NCBI GenBank assembly: GCA_030704615.1
Contig: CM060733.1
Location: 31,434,001 to 31,498,000, forward strand
DNA from: Takakia lepidozioides
Taxonomy: Eukaryota; Plantae; Bryophyta
DNA length: 64,000 nt
Direction: 5' to 3'
The notes under the pieces: generated by a model
What the model was told of the DNA's origin: nothing
The model's database searches: none
What the model saw: the letters and a program-made list of their open reading frames with translations, nothing else
Translations under genes and position numbers: made by a program
Shown: in pieces, positions 50,172 to 62,150 of the stretch
How positions within the stretch are numbered: the stretch's first letter is position 1
How the letters are laid out: the number at the start of each line of letters is the position of its first letter

Positions 50172-53100
50172 TCACTGGTCCCCTGGATCCATATTCAGAA
50201 GAGTGTGAACCTCCTGGGGGCTCAACCCTGGTGCATGTATGAAGTGATGAGTTGTGGAATTACAACGGAGTCTCTTTAGGTACACGTAGTACAAATGCTT
50301 GCAAGGGCAGTATGATGCCCCCTTGTTCGCCATGATCTGGAAGTCGGTGCAATTGCAGGTGGGTAATTCTGAAATGGTGATGGTGTACACCTCATTGCGA
50401 ACAGCTGAGCCTGCCGTGGCCATCTGATACACACGCCTGAATCCTGGTGGGGGCACTTCTGTCGAGCTCTGGATTGTACAGTTCATCCGAAGTGCATTCC
50501 CCATCCTTGTCTCGTTCACTTTTGAGGGAGGTCGCCGCCTCTTCGGTTTCCCCCAACGGTGTGTAGGATGCTTAGAGCTGTCGTGTCCCATTGTTCTTGC
50601 TCTCACAGGGGTCGGTGGTGGAGGCTGTGGAAGCGGAAATGGTTGTCTGGGGACGTCAGTGCGCTGCACCATCCAAAATCCTGCGGCGGTAAGGGCGTCG
50701 GCCTCAACCTGACTCAGATCGCAGCCTGGTTCCACCGGCCACACCGGGGGAGCCTCTGGCATTGTTTGTATGCCGTACTTGGGCTTTCCATACACGCAAG
50801 TCATAATGTCGTGCCTGCAGAACCAGAACTGGGTGGTTGTCGCCTCCGCAAACTTTGCATGGACAAATCTTCCTGTAAAAGTAGGAGCAGGGACAGCCCC
50901 ATCTGGATTCCTCCTTATTATCTCTAAACAACGTTGCCGTGTATCCACACGAATTGCGGAACACCTTCCTCGAAACGACGGCTTTGTGCGAGCAATTCTC
51001 CACTGTGATGCAGACACAGTCGTCTCCACAATGGCTTGGCCATACTGCATAACAGCGGGCGGAATCTGGGGCAAGGGAGCGGTGGGAATTTCTCGCACGA
51101 AATCCCCGGTTGAAGGCGACGGCGATCTGGAATTTCTTGGGCTTCCACTGCTGGAAGACACATTGTGCGGCAACATGACGGGACCTCGAGGTGCTGTCCG
51201 AATGTTCCTGTCGGATCTCCAGGAATCCTCTTCGCACCCGGGTTCCTCTTCAATCCTCCGCCTCACAGGGCGAGTCTGGACGTCCCCCTCTAGGTGTTCA
51301 CCTCTGCGGTGCAGAGGCGTCCTTTGATCTTCTCTCGCAATGTTGTCGCCCATTTCAGTGGATTCTTGGACCTCGAAGCTGTTCGTACCAACAATTCCTC
51401 CCTGTCCGGCCCAAAGCCCCATTGTTTGCAGTACGTGGCTTGCTGCATGATTGCTCTGTCGATGTCCTCCGTTGTGGCCGTCACTACGTCCACCAGATGT
51501 GCGGCAGAAGACGCTCGCCAGGAGGAGTGGACCGATTCTGCCATATTCGTGTTCGGCATGTCCGTGTCGGAATCCAAGCACCGCTCCTAGAAGGACACAA
51601 ACAATGGTGAGGGATCAATCGAAATGTCCGTAACAGAAAGACAAATAAACGAAAATGACAGCAGCCTACCTCCCGCATGTACTGTCCGAACTGCCGATAC
51701 CGAAAATGCCACCACCCCAACCAGCTGTGCAATGCTCCCAGATTGGTTGTCTCCACTGCACCTGACGTGTTCCACCAAGCCTCGATGATAGCAAACTTAA
51801 CCTCCGCGTCATCAAATGTGGGTGCATCCTTCCACGCCGTACAAAGGACACGGTGTTCAGCCTGGAATGAGCTAGCAACAAATTTGGTAGTGTAGTGGGA
51901 TAGACTCTGCATCCAATGGAATCCACATGATCTCTCTTTCCCCTCCATTGGAACATTGGGGTCCTCACCGTACACACGCCGCACCGCTGCCCAGTTGGCC
52001 TGAGCGTTGTCTGCCATGAATCCCCTGAAATTGGGCTCTGGCAATCCCGCCCTTGCCATCTGCTCGTTTATGCCCTCCCACAGATGCATCTCTGACTGTG
52101 TGTCCTCCCCTTTCATCTCGCAGATTGCAATCGTCATGAGCCTCTTGGAGTGATAGTCATAAACATGCGCACCCATAGTCACCCACTGATGGTTTGTAAT
52201 TCGCTTGATGTGATCAAACATCACCCAAGCATTCGACAAGTTTCCAGTTGTCATGCGAGTGACCAAGTCGACTCCACTCCCAGGCCCACACGTCGACATT
52301 TTGAAAATGTAACAACGATCGGATTCGCTGCCTTGCCCTGGAAACCTGCTACCTTGGATGTAGTCATATCCAATCATTCGTTTCACCTCCAGGATTGAGT
52401 ACATGTCCGACCCCCTGCCGAACTCCTGCTTGAAAGATACGATGTGATTCCGCACATTCGGACTACAAACGTGCGAGACGGACTCCAAGAGGTCACGCAT
52501 CTCGTCTTCGGTCAAGGGCTCTCGGTGGGAACCATCTTCAGACATGATTTTGCCAAGAGCAATCTTGTGGGCTGCCTTCAGCTGAATCTGCTTTGGTCTG
52601 GCTCCGGGGCTCAATTTCACCTCCTCTTTTATGATGTCGTGTGCTTCCTGCACAGCCTCACGCATGTTGCCTCTCGCCAAGGGGTGGCAGTGGACCCCAA
52701 CGTGTATGCAAGCTCTAGTCAAGTCCGGGAGCAAATGGATAACGTAATATTGCTTGGCTCTGCACATGGACATGCACGTCGGTGGTTCTTTGCAATGTGC
52801 ACACTTGAAAGAACCCGCAAGAGCTTGGCTGGAGACAATGAATGGATGATGCGTTGTGCCAGTCCAATCCGTCTCGTTTCTCCGCCCTCCTTTGGAGAGA
52901 AAGTGGAAGCAGGTGGGATTGAGGCACCTCAACTTCCCCGCACAGAGGACATATCGTACACGAACACCATCAGCAATTTTCGTGCTACTGGTCTTCGTCA
53001 CACACCGGGGTGTCCGTCATGCTTTCGATCCATGTCTGTTAACATCCCGGAGGCTTTGTTTGACGAAGAAACAGGTGGAAACTCGAAGATGACATTGCCA

Positions 53101-53761
53101 TCGACTTCGGGAGGCAGAAAGTTACCTTTCTGACTGGGAATTTGGCATAGTCAAGAGCAGCCAGCTCGGAGCGAGAACCATCGAGGTGATGTTGTCGTAG
53201 GAGCTGCACAATGGACCGGGTTGGAGTTATGCTCGAGGGCACATGCGTAGCACCTACAGAGACGTCCATGCCGGATTTGAAGGACCGTGTGGAGGACATG
53301 GGTACCTCAATGCAATCATCTTCCTCGTCGGAAATGTCGAATACGTCCACACGAGAAGCTATGGAGGGTCTTGACGGTCCAGGTCGGGAATGATTATCGT
53401 TGCATACCTCTCTGTTGGCAGTGGCCGCCTGTTGGTTTCCGGACTCCTTTGTGGATGGTGTGGGCAGCGACTGATTCGGAAAGGGAATGGGCATTCCCAC
53501 AGCTCGGTACAGGATGGTGTCTGATGGGGGTACGTGCCATTCGATTCCGCAACCTCCGTCGTTACCTAGCACGACAATGGTCTCGTCAACCTGTCCAGGA
53601 ACATCCTTCCTTTCTTCTTCCAAATAAACTGTGCCCGGTTTGAGCTTGAATTTGGAACAAAGGTAAGTTTCAGTCACTCTGCAAAGTCCTCCCTCGTATG
53701 GGATCCAGGCTCTCCCAAGTTGCGGAGGACAACAAACTATAGCGTAGGAATTCGGAGCCAT
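50172..53761 (-). pseudogene. MULE transposase (2 exons; intron 51587-51669): GCM/WRKY-like Zn finger, DDE core, SWIM
   Basis: MAPNSY start homologous to MAKNPS of copy C. CAGKLRCLNPTC…FKCAHC…C…C…HVGVHCH; FDHIKR; FMADNAQA; CGFH; NTNMAES; CNCTDF…CKHLYY. Frameshifts near 53125, 53003 and in exon 2. Confidence 0.88.
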
Positions 53762-54178
53762 CGAAGACCGCACGAAGTTGGCAAGTGCGAGGTTCAGTAT
53801 AGCGACAGACCAAGGCTCACAGGCACCATGCGGAGTCCATCGACGATTGGAAGTCGCACATTGAAGTGGAAAGTATTGTTTCAAGCTACATGCATGAAGG
53901 TGGGAGGTTTGATTCCATAGCCAGTAAGTATGACAATGATGGCCGATTCGGCGACGAAATCACATATCCTGACAGTTTCTCCTGAGGGTGGATCCAGCAG
54001 TATTCTCGGTGCAAACAGGAACGTTCGCATTGACAAGTGCCAGTACTGTTAGTTAAAACGGTCAGACAACCAAGTTGTGCTCATCAAGACTGGCCGCAAT
54101 TGTGTTGTTTCGGAACAATGCAACCCATTCAGATTCCAGATTTTCCGTCGCGAGTGATTCTTTCGATTGCTGGTGGAC

Positions 54179-55790
54179 GGAAATACGGCGCCGCATTTCC
54201 GTATTGCATCTTGGTCATGCACCAGAGCGACGGAAATGCGGCACCGAGTTTCCGTCCGGGGGAAACCTTTATACTCTCCAGAACGGAAATGCGGTACCGC
54301 ATTTCCGTTCTGATTGAGAATTTTGAACAACGGGAACAGAAATGCGGTCCCCCATTTCCGTCCGAGTCGCACTTTTCCGACATTCCAGAACGGAAATGCG
54401 GCGCCGCATTTCCATTTTGTATTTGATGCCTGGAGCTGAGGGATAGAAATGCTGCAGCACATTTCCGTCCTCACAAGACATTCATACTCTCCAGAACGGA
54501 AATGCGGTAACGCATTTCCATCCAACAAGCACGGTATGTGAAGGTGGAACGGAAATGCGGTACCGCATTTCCGTTCTGATTGAGAATTATGAACAACGGG
54601 AACAGAAATGCGGCACCGCATTTCTGTCGGAGTCGCACTTTCTGACATTCCAAAACGCAAATGCGGCGACGCATTTCCATTTTGTATCTGATGCATGGAG
54701 CCAAGTGCAATTCCGACCGCTTGAGACAGCGCAATTCCGACCACTTGAGACATTCATACTATCCAGAACGGAAATGCGGTACCGCATTTCCGTTTTGACT
54801 GAAAATCGTGAACCATCGGAACTGAAATGCGGCAGCGCATTTCCATCCGAGTCGCACCTCCCAACATTCCAGAACGCAAATGCGGCACCGCATTTCCGTT
54901 CTGATGAAAAATCGTGAAACATCGGAACTGAAATGCGGTACCGCATTTCCGTCGGAGTCGCACCTTCCGACATTCCAAAACGGAAATGCGGCGCCGCATT
55001 TCCGTTTTGTATGTGAGGCATGGAGCTGTGGAATGAAAATGCGGCACAACATTTCCGCCAGGGTCAGACCTTAATACTCTACAGAATGGAAATGCGGTAC
55101 CGCATTTCCGTTCTGACTGAAAATCGTGAACAACGGGAACAGAAATGCGGCACCGCATTTCTATCCGAGTCGCACCTTCCGACATTCTAGAACGGAAATG
55201 CGGCGCCGCATTTCCGTTTTGTATATGAGGCCTGGAGCTGTGGGACGGAAATAGGGTGCCGCATTTCCATCCATGTGAGACCTTCAAACTTTCCAGACCG
55301 GAAATGCGGCACCGCATTTCTGTTCAGGTGAGACCTCTATACTTTCCCGAACGGAAATGTGGCACGGCATTTCCGTTCATCAACTAAGGTATGTGAATGG
55401 GGAACGGAAATGCGGTACCGCATTTCCGTTCACATTCAAAATCATGAACCACGGGAACTGAAATGTTCAGCCTCATTTCCGTCCGAATCGCACCTTTCGA
55501 CATTCCAGAACGGAAATGCGGCGCCGCATTTCCCTTTTGTATCTCATACATGGAGCTGTGGGACGGAAATGCGGCACCGTATTTCTGTTCAACAACTAAG
55601 GTATGTGAAGGTGGAACGGAAATGCGGTGCCGCATTTCCTTCCAACAAGTATGGATGTGTAGCTTCGTGATGGTACTTAACGGAAATGCGGCGCCGCATT
55701 CGCATTTTCACTCCAACTCATCAGACGCTGGGACGGAAATGCCTTCAAATGTGAACACGTGGAGCAACGGAATTGCGGCACATGTCGGCA
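54179..55790. repeat. Array of GGAAATGCGG(C/T)(G/A)CCGCATTTCC palindromes, 53-bp period
   Basis: Centres at 54187, 54240, 54293, 54346, 54400, 54453, 54506, 54559, 54612, 54665; then 54778 to 55626 in steps of 53. Perfect 34-bp palindrome at 54279-54312. Confidence 0.97.
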
Positions 55791-56052
55791 CTGTATCTGA
55801 CTGAAGTGGCATGAGGCGGCGCGGCCTGACCGTTGGATAATGATGTTTGTTTTTTGGACGGCAGGCGTACCCTGAACGATTCGAATTTCGTAATGACGCA
55901 AAGTCCACGAGGAGACACTTTCGTCCAACCCTTTCGAACCCAAGTGGTGCATCACCGCCGTTTCATCTACTTTTGTCGTGTCTGCTCAGTCACCCCTCTC
56001 GCGCCCTTTCCATCTGCACTCTTTGCCCCTTTTCCCTGTCTCTGTTCTTCTT

Positions 56053-59000
56053 ATGCCCGAACCGAGAGGGGGGGAGTTCGTGCACCAGACAGGAGACCTC
56101 GTCGCAAGCTCCGAAAATTATACTTCGGACGTAGGCCAATGCCGAAGGGGAGGAAGCAGATGCGTCTACAGGAGGAGATTGCCATCTCCGAGCAGCAGGC
56201 CACTCAGGCAACCCAGCCACCAGTGAGAGCTCCATGCGATCGGGTTGCGCGCAGCTAATCGAGCACCGAACCCCCCATTTTGCTTCTGTAATTCTTAGAC
56301 TGAATGCTAGGAGACTTGAATGCAGAACATGTTTGCATGCCTAACAGGAAAGATGGACGTGCTGGAGGGATCGCAGGAATCCGAAGAGCCGCAGGAAGAG
56401 TCCGAGGAGCTAGCTGCAGCACGTACACCCACCCGATCCCCGAGCGCGGGTATTCCTGCCGGGCCTAGCCCTGTGCGTTTCAAAGACGCGGCTTCGAAGG
56501 GCAAGTTCAAAGCCCCAGAGATCGACTCGCGTTCTTTGGTCATGGAGAATCGCCAGCAGGGGTCGGGCCCTTCTCCAGCAAAGTCGAAGAAGAAGCAGCC
56601 CGTCCCTCTACTGGTTTGTGAACCGGCTCAGGCCGATTCACCCCCCCCAACGCGAATGAAGCAGCAGGGTAAAAGACAGATTCAATTGCAGCAGACACCT
56701 TTACCTGCAAGGATGAGGAAGCAGAAGGCAATCAGGGCGACGGCCGAACAATCTCCCGCAAAACCGCTTCCACGAGCTGAAGCTCAGTTCCTGGAGGATT
56801 TCCCGCCTGCAGATGTTGGGGCCGTCTCTGCTGCAGCGAAGGCAATGGGATCGACCGTTTTTGTCGATTTGGTACCGGAGGAGGGTGCTGCCGCTGAACG
56901 TTCGCAGCAAGACCTCACCACCGATGAGCAGGCAGGCCCGGAGGAGGCCTCTACAATGGCAGAATTGCCCGCAAACAGGCCCCAGAGTGCAGCTCCAGTT
57001 GAGGATGCTCCAGCTGCTCAGCCACTACCGGCACCTACAGACATGTCTCCGGAGGATTTCAAAAGTGCAGCGGATAAAATGTTGGAGGAGACACACAGTA
57101 GCATTGGCAGAGTTCTGGGCAGCAGGGTATTCCAGCGGACTCTTCGAATCCCACTCTATCGCATGGTCTCCCTTCCCATCGTCAGGCAGGCCCTTCCCGG
57201 AGATGTGGATAAGCTCAAGTTCGCATTTCGAGAAGGGTACCGTCTGGGATCGGCAGCGTTTTACGTTTCCATTGAGAATGAGGACGGCGAAACTCGTGGA
57301 CCCACTGCCGATGAATTGTCAATGTGGGATACCCACTGGCACACTCGCAACAATGAATTCGAGGCGACGCTGAAGGGTGATCCAGACTTCGGCCATATGT
57401 CGGGTAAAATGTTCTTTGTGTGGGACGGGAATCACCGACTTCTTGCCTGGTGGGAGTACATCAAGCAGAACCATGCCAAGCACATTGGCTGGCATTACAT
57501 GGTGGAGTGTGTCATCCTCAAGGTGAAGGCGGCAGACTCCTCCCTGCTCAAGAATGCCATGGCGGACCTCAACTCGTAAGATACTCATACCCTCCCTAGC
57601 ACGTTCGAAATGCGGTGCCGCATTTCGGTTTCCATTCTGGTTTGTTTCCGTGCTTCCGTGTACTGAACTGGAGAGTGTGCCTTGCAAGGTCACTGAGAAT
57701 GCGTACGTGCATACCCACATGGGCACATATGCTGTACAGGGTGAGGAAAACTGGTCTCACTAATCCGCAGATGTTTGCGGAAATGCTGGAGCCCGAGCTC
57801 ATTCAAAAAGCCGTTGCAAAAACAGACCGGACATGGTATCGTCTCACTATGGATGGAATGGTGGAGGTGATATACGAAGTAAGTCGTCCTCCAATTTCCC
57901 TCTGCTCATCCTTCCCCAATTTCCAGTAATCTTTCCACATGAATCGAATGTAACGCTTCTGCATGTTTTTGTTGGCAGTCAAACATCAAGCTGGATTTGG
58001 CCCATGCCAAACGCTTCTTCATGGAAAGTGAGGGGCAGGTCAAAACGTTGCAGTCATTGACTGAGCACTTGAAGGAAGCCGGTGTCAAGTCCAGAACCAA
58101 ATACAAGTCAAAGCTTGTGAAGCTGGTGGCAATTGCAGATCCGGCACTTGGAAAGGACTTCATCCCCGAGATTGCAAAACATTATTCTCAGGCCATGCAG
58201 CCGACCATGCAATTGGAGAAACTGCATCACCTCTCAACGGCATGTTGAGGCGAAAGAGAAGGTGAGGTTTCAATGCACTGCAGTTCCTTCCTAGCAATAG
58301 CCACTCTCTTCCAGCTCCTGACATTGGATCGGAAATGGCAGACACGGTGGCTGTCGATCTGGAATGCATCCGAGAGCATAAGGACAATGTGGTCTTTTCC
58401 ACTCGAAGTTTCCGACCCTGCAGTGGATGTGTGGCTCAACCGCATGACTTGGTGGTTCCAGGTAATTCAAGGTACTTCCCCAGATTTGCTTTTCTGAAAT
58501 GAATTCCCTGAACTGCTACGTGACAATGCATTTGGGAATCGCAGGTAATGTCGAATACGAAGGAGCAAGTCGTAATGCACACAAATTTGTTCGGCTTGTA
58601 CGTCAAATGGGATGGAACACAGACATTGGAAGACTACGTGACACGTTTCAGATGTGCGTACAAGGACAACCTCTTCGCCAGAGAGCTACAGACAGCAAGA
58701 AGGAGCGTGGAGTTTACACATCAGGAGGGAGCAGGGAAAGCTGCAATGCGAATTGTTTACAGGTGAAGCACAGCTGCCCTTGTATGCGAAGCCTGGTTAC
58801 GAGGTTTGTCTCGGAAATGCGGCACCGCATTCGCATTTTATGTTTTCGGTGGCACTCTGCGAGTAGGTTCGTCCAATCTTATGCTCACGCATGCTGACTG
58901 CCTTGCAGGTATATGAAATACGTGCTCCTTCAGACAGGGGCCCTGGCTCAAGAGCCCCCGTTCTTCATGGCTTGGACCGTGGCGGGCCCAAGCTGTGTCT

Positions 59001-61215
59001 ACACACCCGAGATGCAGAAACAATGGCATCCCGCGCATCTCGTTGGATGCCCCTGGTACCTGGATATGTCTGGCGGTATTGTTGACGAGTCTGAGAAAGA
59101 TCTGCACGCCTTGGCAGAAGAGAAGAGAAAGGAAAGACGTGTCCCTGCTGGGCCAAAGTCGGCAAAGGAATCTGCTGCTCTGGAAGAATCCAGAAAGGCA
59201 GCTGAGATGGCACAAAAGACGGTGGATGCAGCTGTGCAGGCCCAACAGAAGGGGTCGAAGAAGAGGACTCGCCAGCAAGGAGCAGCTGTTGTGACACCCG
59301 CCAAAACGAAGAAGCAGAAACAGCATGTTCAGGAAGAGGGTGAGGAAGAGGACTCCGATGGAGACTTTGCAACCAGCCCACCCCCCCAAACGCAGGCTGC
59401 CTCCCCTGTGCCCACCGTTGTCACTAGAGGCACGAGAACTGGCTCGGCAAAGAAGGCACTCTTCAACCCCCCAGGGGGGCACCCTTTCGAGCCGGTGGAA
59501 ATGAAGAGGCCGAAAGTGGCTCCCGAAACAGTAGTCCAGTGTGTAAATGAGAGTTTCTTGGCGGCTTTGGATGGACGGGCAGCCAAGTTGGCATACATGA
59601 AGACCATGGAGGGTCTGAAGGGCAGAGCACTGAAGAAGGCGACTGCCGAAGAGCCTTCCGACACCCCAGGATTTCAGAATATGGTCTCGTTCTTTGAGAG
59701 GGTGTGTGCAGACAAGGATTGTAGGAGGGGCGGAAATGCCACCGAGTGGTCTTGCGATATGATCATCTTGGATATTCCGGACGGAGAGCCTGTGGAAGGA
59801 TTGCAAGCTTTGCCATCTTGGAACAGGTACTCGGAGGACTTTTGGAAGAAAGGATTCGGGCTTGCCCGCATGGTGTTGGACGACAGAGGCTGTGTGGTTG
59901 TCCTGGCGAGCAGAGGAAAAAACACTCAGACAGGAATTGCGAAGTGGACCCGCAAGAGCGCCGTCCCGATTCTGAAAAAGAAGTGGACGTGCATCAACAC
60001 ACTGGGCCTTCGGTCGGAAGGGAAGAAGGTGATTACGACACTGGCACTCGTCCATTCATTTGCTTGGGTGTTTTCAAATGCGGTGCCGCATTCGGTTTCT
60101 AATCGTTCCCCCCTGTGTATGCAGACGAAGCAGTTCGATGCATACTGCTTTGAAGGAGAACTCCACCTTTGCGTTCCGGAAGGAGGGAGGAAAGGTTGAC
60201 CCGAACTGCAACCCCCTCGATTACGACGTTCTGTTCAACAACGTTCCCAAGGAACTTCTCCCTCATAGCCTCACTTCAACGGAACCCCTGCGGTACTCAC
60301 GGACTCGGAGCCCTGCCTTCATTCAGACAATTATGGAGACATGCACAGACGTGGAGGGTACAGTGCTCGACCTCATCTGTGGGACAGGTATGCATAATCT
60401 TGTTGTATGTTTTTCTGCAAACTCTCGTTATGCTTTCATTCGCAACCTTCTGAAGGGCCATGTCATAATGTGTGGATGGCATTGTAACAGGTGCCTCAAT
60501 GTGGGCTGGGCGGTTTTCCGACCGGCACCTCTTTGCCTACGAGGAGGATTCATCCGTGTGGGGATCCCATCTGGAAGGGCTGCAACGGAATGTTAAGGCT
60601 CCCAACAGAGCGGAAGTCTCCTCGGATTCGTCGGAGTCCGAGGAAGACACAGTGGACATTGATGCGGAGGAGAACCCGGAATACGAGTGAGTGCAAACAT
60701 TGTAAGTTTGCAAAGCCTTCTGGGTCATTTTTGTCAAACGAATTTCCCGACTGTGGTTCTCATTAGTCTCGTTGATGATTGTCATGTGCAGGATTGCAGG
60801 GTCCGGGTCGAAAGATGTAGGGCCTACACTTCCTGCCAGGAAGAATGTCCCGTTCTTTGCGAGGGCCGACTTCATGACGAGCCCGGTGAGGGACTACTCC
60901 CTTCCTAGTTATGCAGCTAAACTCGCAAATACAACGATTAGAAGAAGTGAGAATCCCAGTAAAGTAGAGCAGATTTTGGAGAGGGCTAGGGAGGACAGAA
61001 GGATAAGGAAAGAGTTGGCAGCAGCTCAGACAGGTAGACGGGTACGAAAGTACATATGTGATTCAGCGGATGAGAGCGACGCAGACAGGGAGGAAGACGA
61101 CCCAACGGAGGTGAGATGGAAGGGGAAGATGGGATTTTTGAAAGCTTGGCCAACGAGCAGTCCGCTGGAGATGAGAAAGGCACTGAGGGGGTGGAGGCGG
61201 AGCAGGACAGTCTAG
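56053..61215 (+). pseudogene. Multi-exon ParB/Srx + beta-class N6/N4 DNA methyltransferase-like gene (copy B)
   Basis: Approximate exons 56053-56222, 56348-57575, 57690-57878, 57979-58261, 58340-58461, 58545-58762, 58909-60028, 60125-60387, 60491-60686, 60800-61215 (boundaries partly inferred from homology with copy C). DGNHR 57424-57438; DIPD 59771-59782; VLDLICGTG|ASMWAGRFSDRHLFAYE across the GT-AG intron 60388-60490. 1-2 bp frameshifts near 56070, 57716 and 58245. Confidence 0.78.
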
Positions 61216-61387
61216 AACAGGATGAGGATTCGGATGATTTTCAAGATTAATAGAATTATAATGAAGTCTCTGTAAATGTAAATTCTCTTCCAGAGTATAT
61301 AAAGGAAATTCTCCCCGACATTCGTGACCCCTCTCCAGTATGCATTCCAGCCACACAATCGCCCAAACCACGACGCTCCAAAAATCA

Positions 61388-62150
61388 GAAATGGGGCACC
61401 GCATTTCCAAAACAGGGGAGGGACTAAATTTTCCATTTCAATGTTGGCATAGTAAAAAGTAATCGGCCGATTGGAAATGCGGTGCCGCATTTCCAAAATT
61501 TCCTTTGTCCACACGCCAGTTTTGGCCTCTCCCGCTCATTGCATGGATGCCACCACGCTTACAGAGGTCGAACAAGGAGGTCGAACAAGGAGGTCGAACA
61601 AGGAGGTCAAGATGGCGGAATTGGAAATGCGGTGCCGCATTTCCATATTGGGGCTGGTCGTTGTTCGAACTCAAGGCCCATCAGCAAAAATTGGCACCGC
61701 ATTCCATTGTAAAAAAAAAGTCGATGACGGACATGGAAATGCGGCGCCGCATTTCCAGAACGGACATCGCAATTTGTCCATTTGCAGACCCTCTCACGGA
61801 AATGCGGTAACGCATTCCATCGAGCTGGTCGGAAATGGGTGCACTTTTCGAAGTGTTGGACGGAAATGCGGCACCGCATTCCCTTGTCCAAAAAGAAGTT
61901 TCCATTGCCAAGCTGGAAATGCCTCGCCGCATTTGCAATGCCAACCTCGTTGTCTGTCCAATTTATAGACTCGTGTTGGTATTTCGTGTACCTGGACGGA
62001 AATGATGCACCGCATTCCATTGTCCGACACTGAAATGCGGTTCATACATTTCCATGTCGGCATGGAAATGCGGCACCGCATTCCCTTGTCCGACATGGAA
62101 ATGCGGTGCCGCATTTCGATGCCGACATGGAAATGCGGTGCCGCATTTCA
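61388..62150. repeat. Second (subterminal) cluster of GGAAATGCGG..CCGCATTTCC palindromes
   Basis: Copies at about 61395, 61481, 61631, 61743, 61806, 61870, 62072, 62105 and 62137. Confidence 0.92.

Noticed and set aside
54179-55640. CRISPR-like look (palindromic repeat plus ~31-bp spacers at a fixed period)
   Set aside because: Spacers recur as a few related types, the repeats are degenerate, there are no cas genes, and the context is a eukaryotic TE.
58838-60055. 405-aa antisense ORF (also 43442-44116, 13102-13923, 6581-7381)
   Set aside because: Shadow ORFs opposite better-supported coding frames, with no recognisable motifs.
56320-60690. Bacterial or prophage contamination as the source of the ParB-MTase
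   Set aside because: The gene has GT-AG introns (one splits the SAM-binding motif) and lies inside a TSD-flanked element nested among plant retrotransposons.
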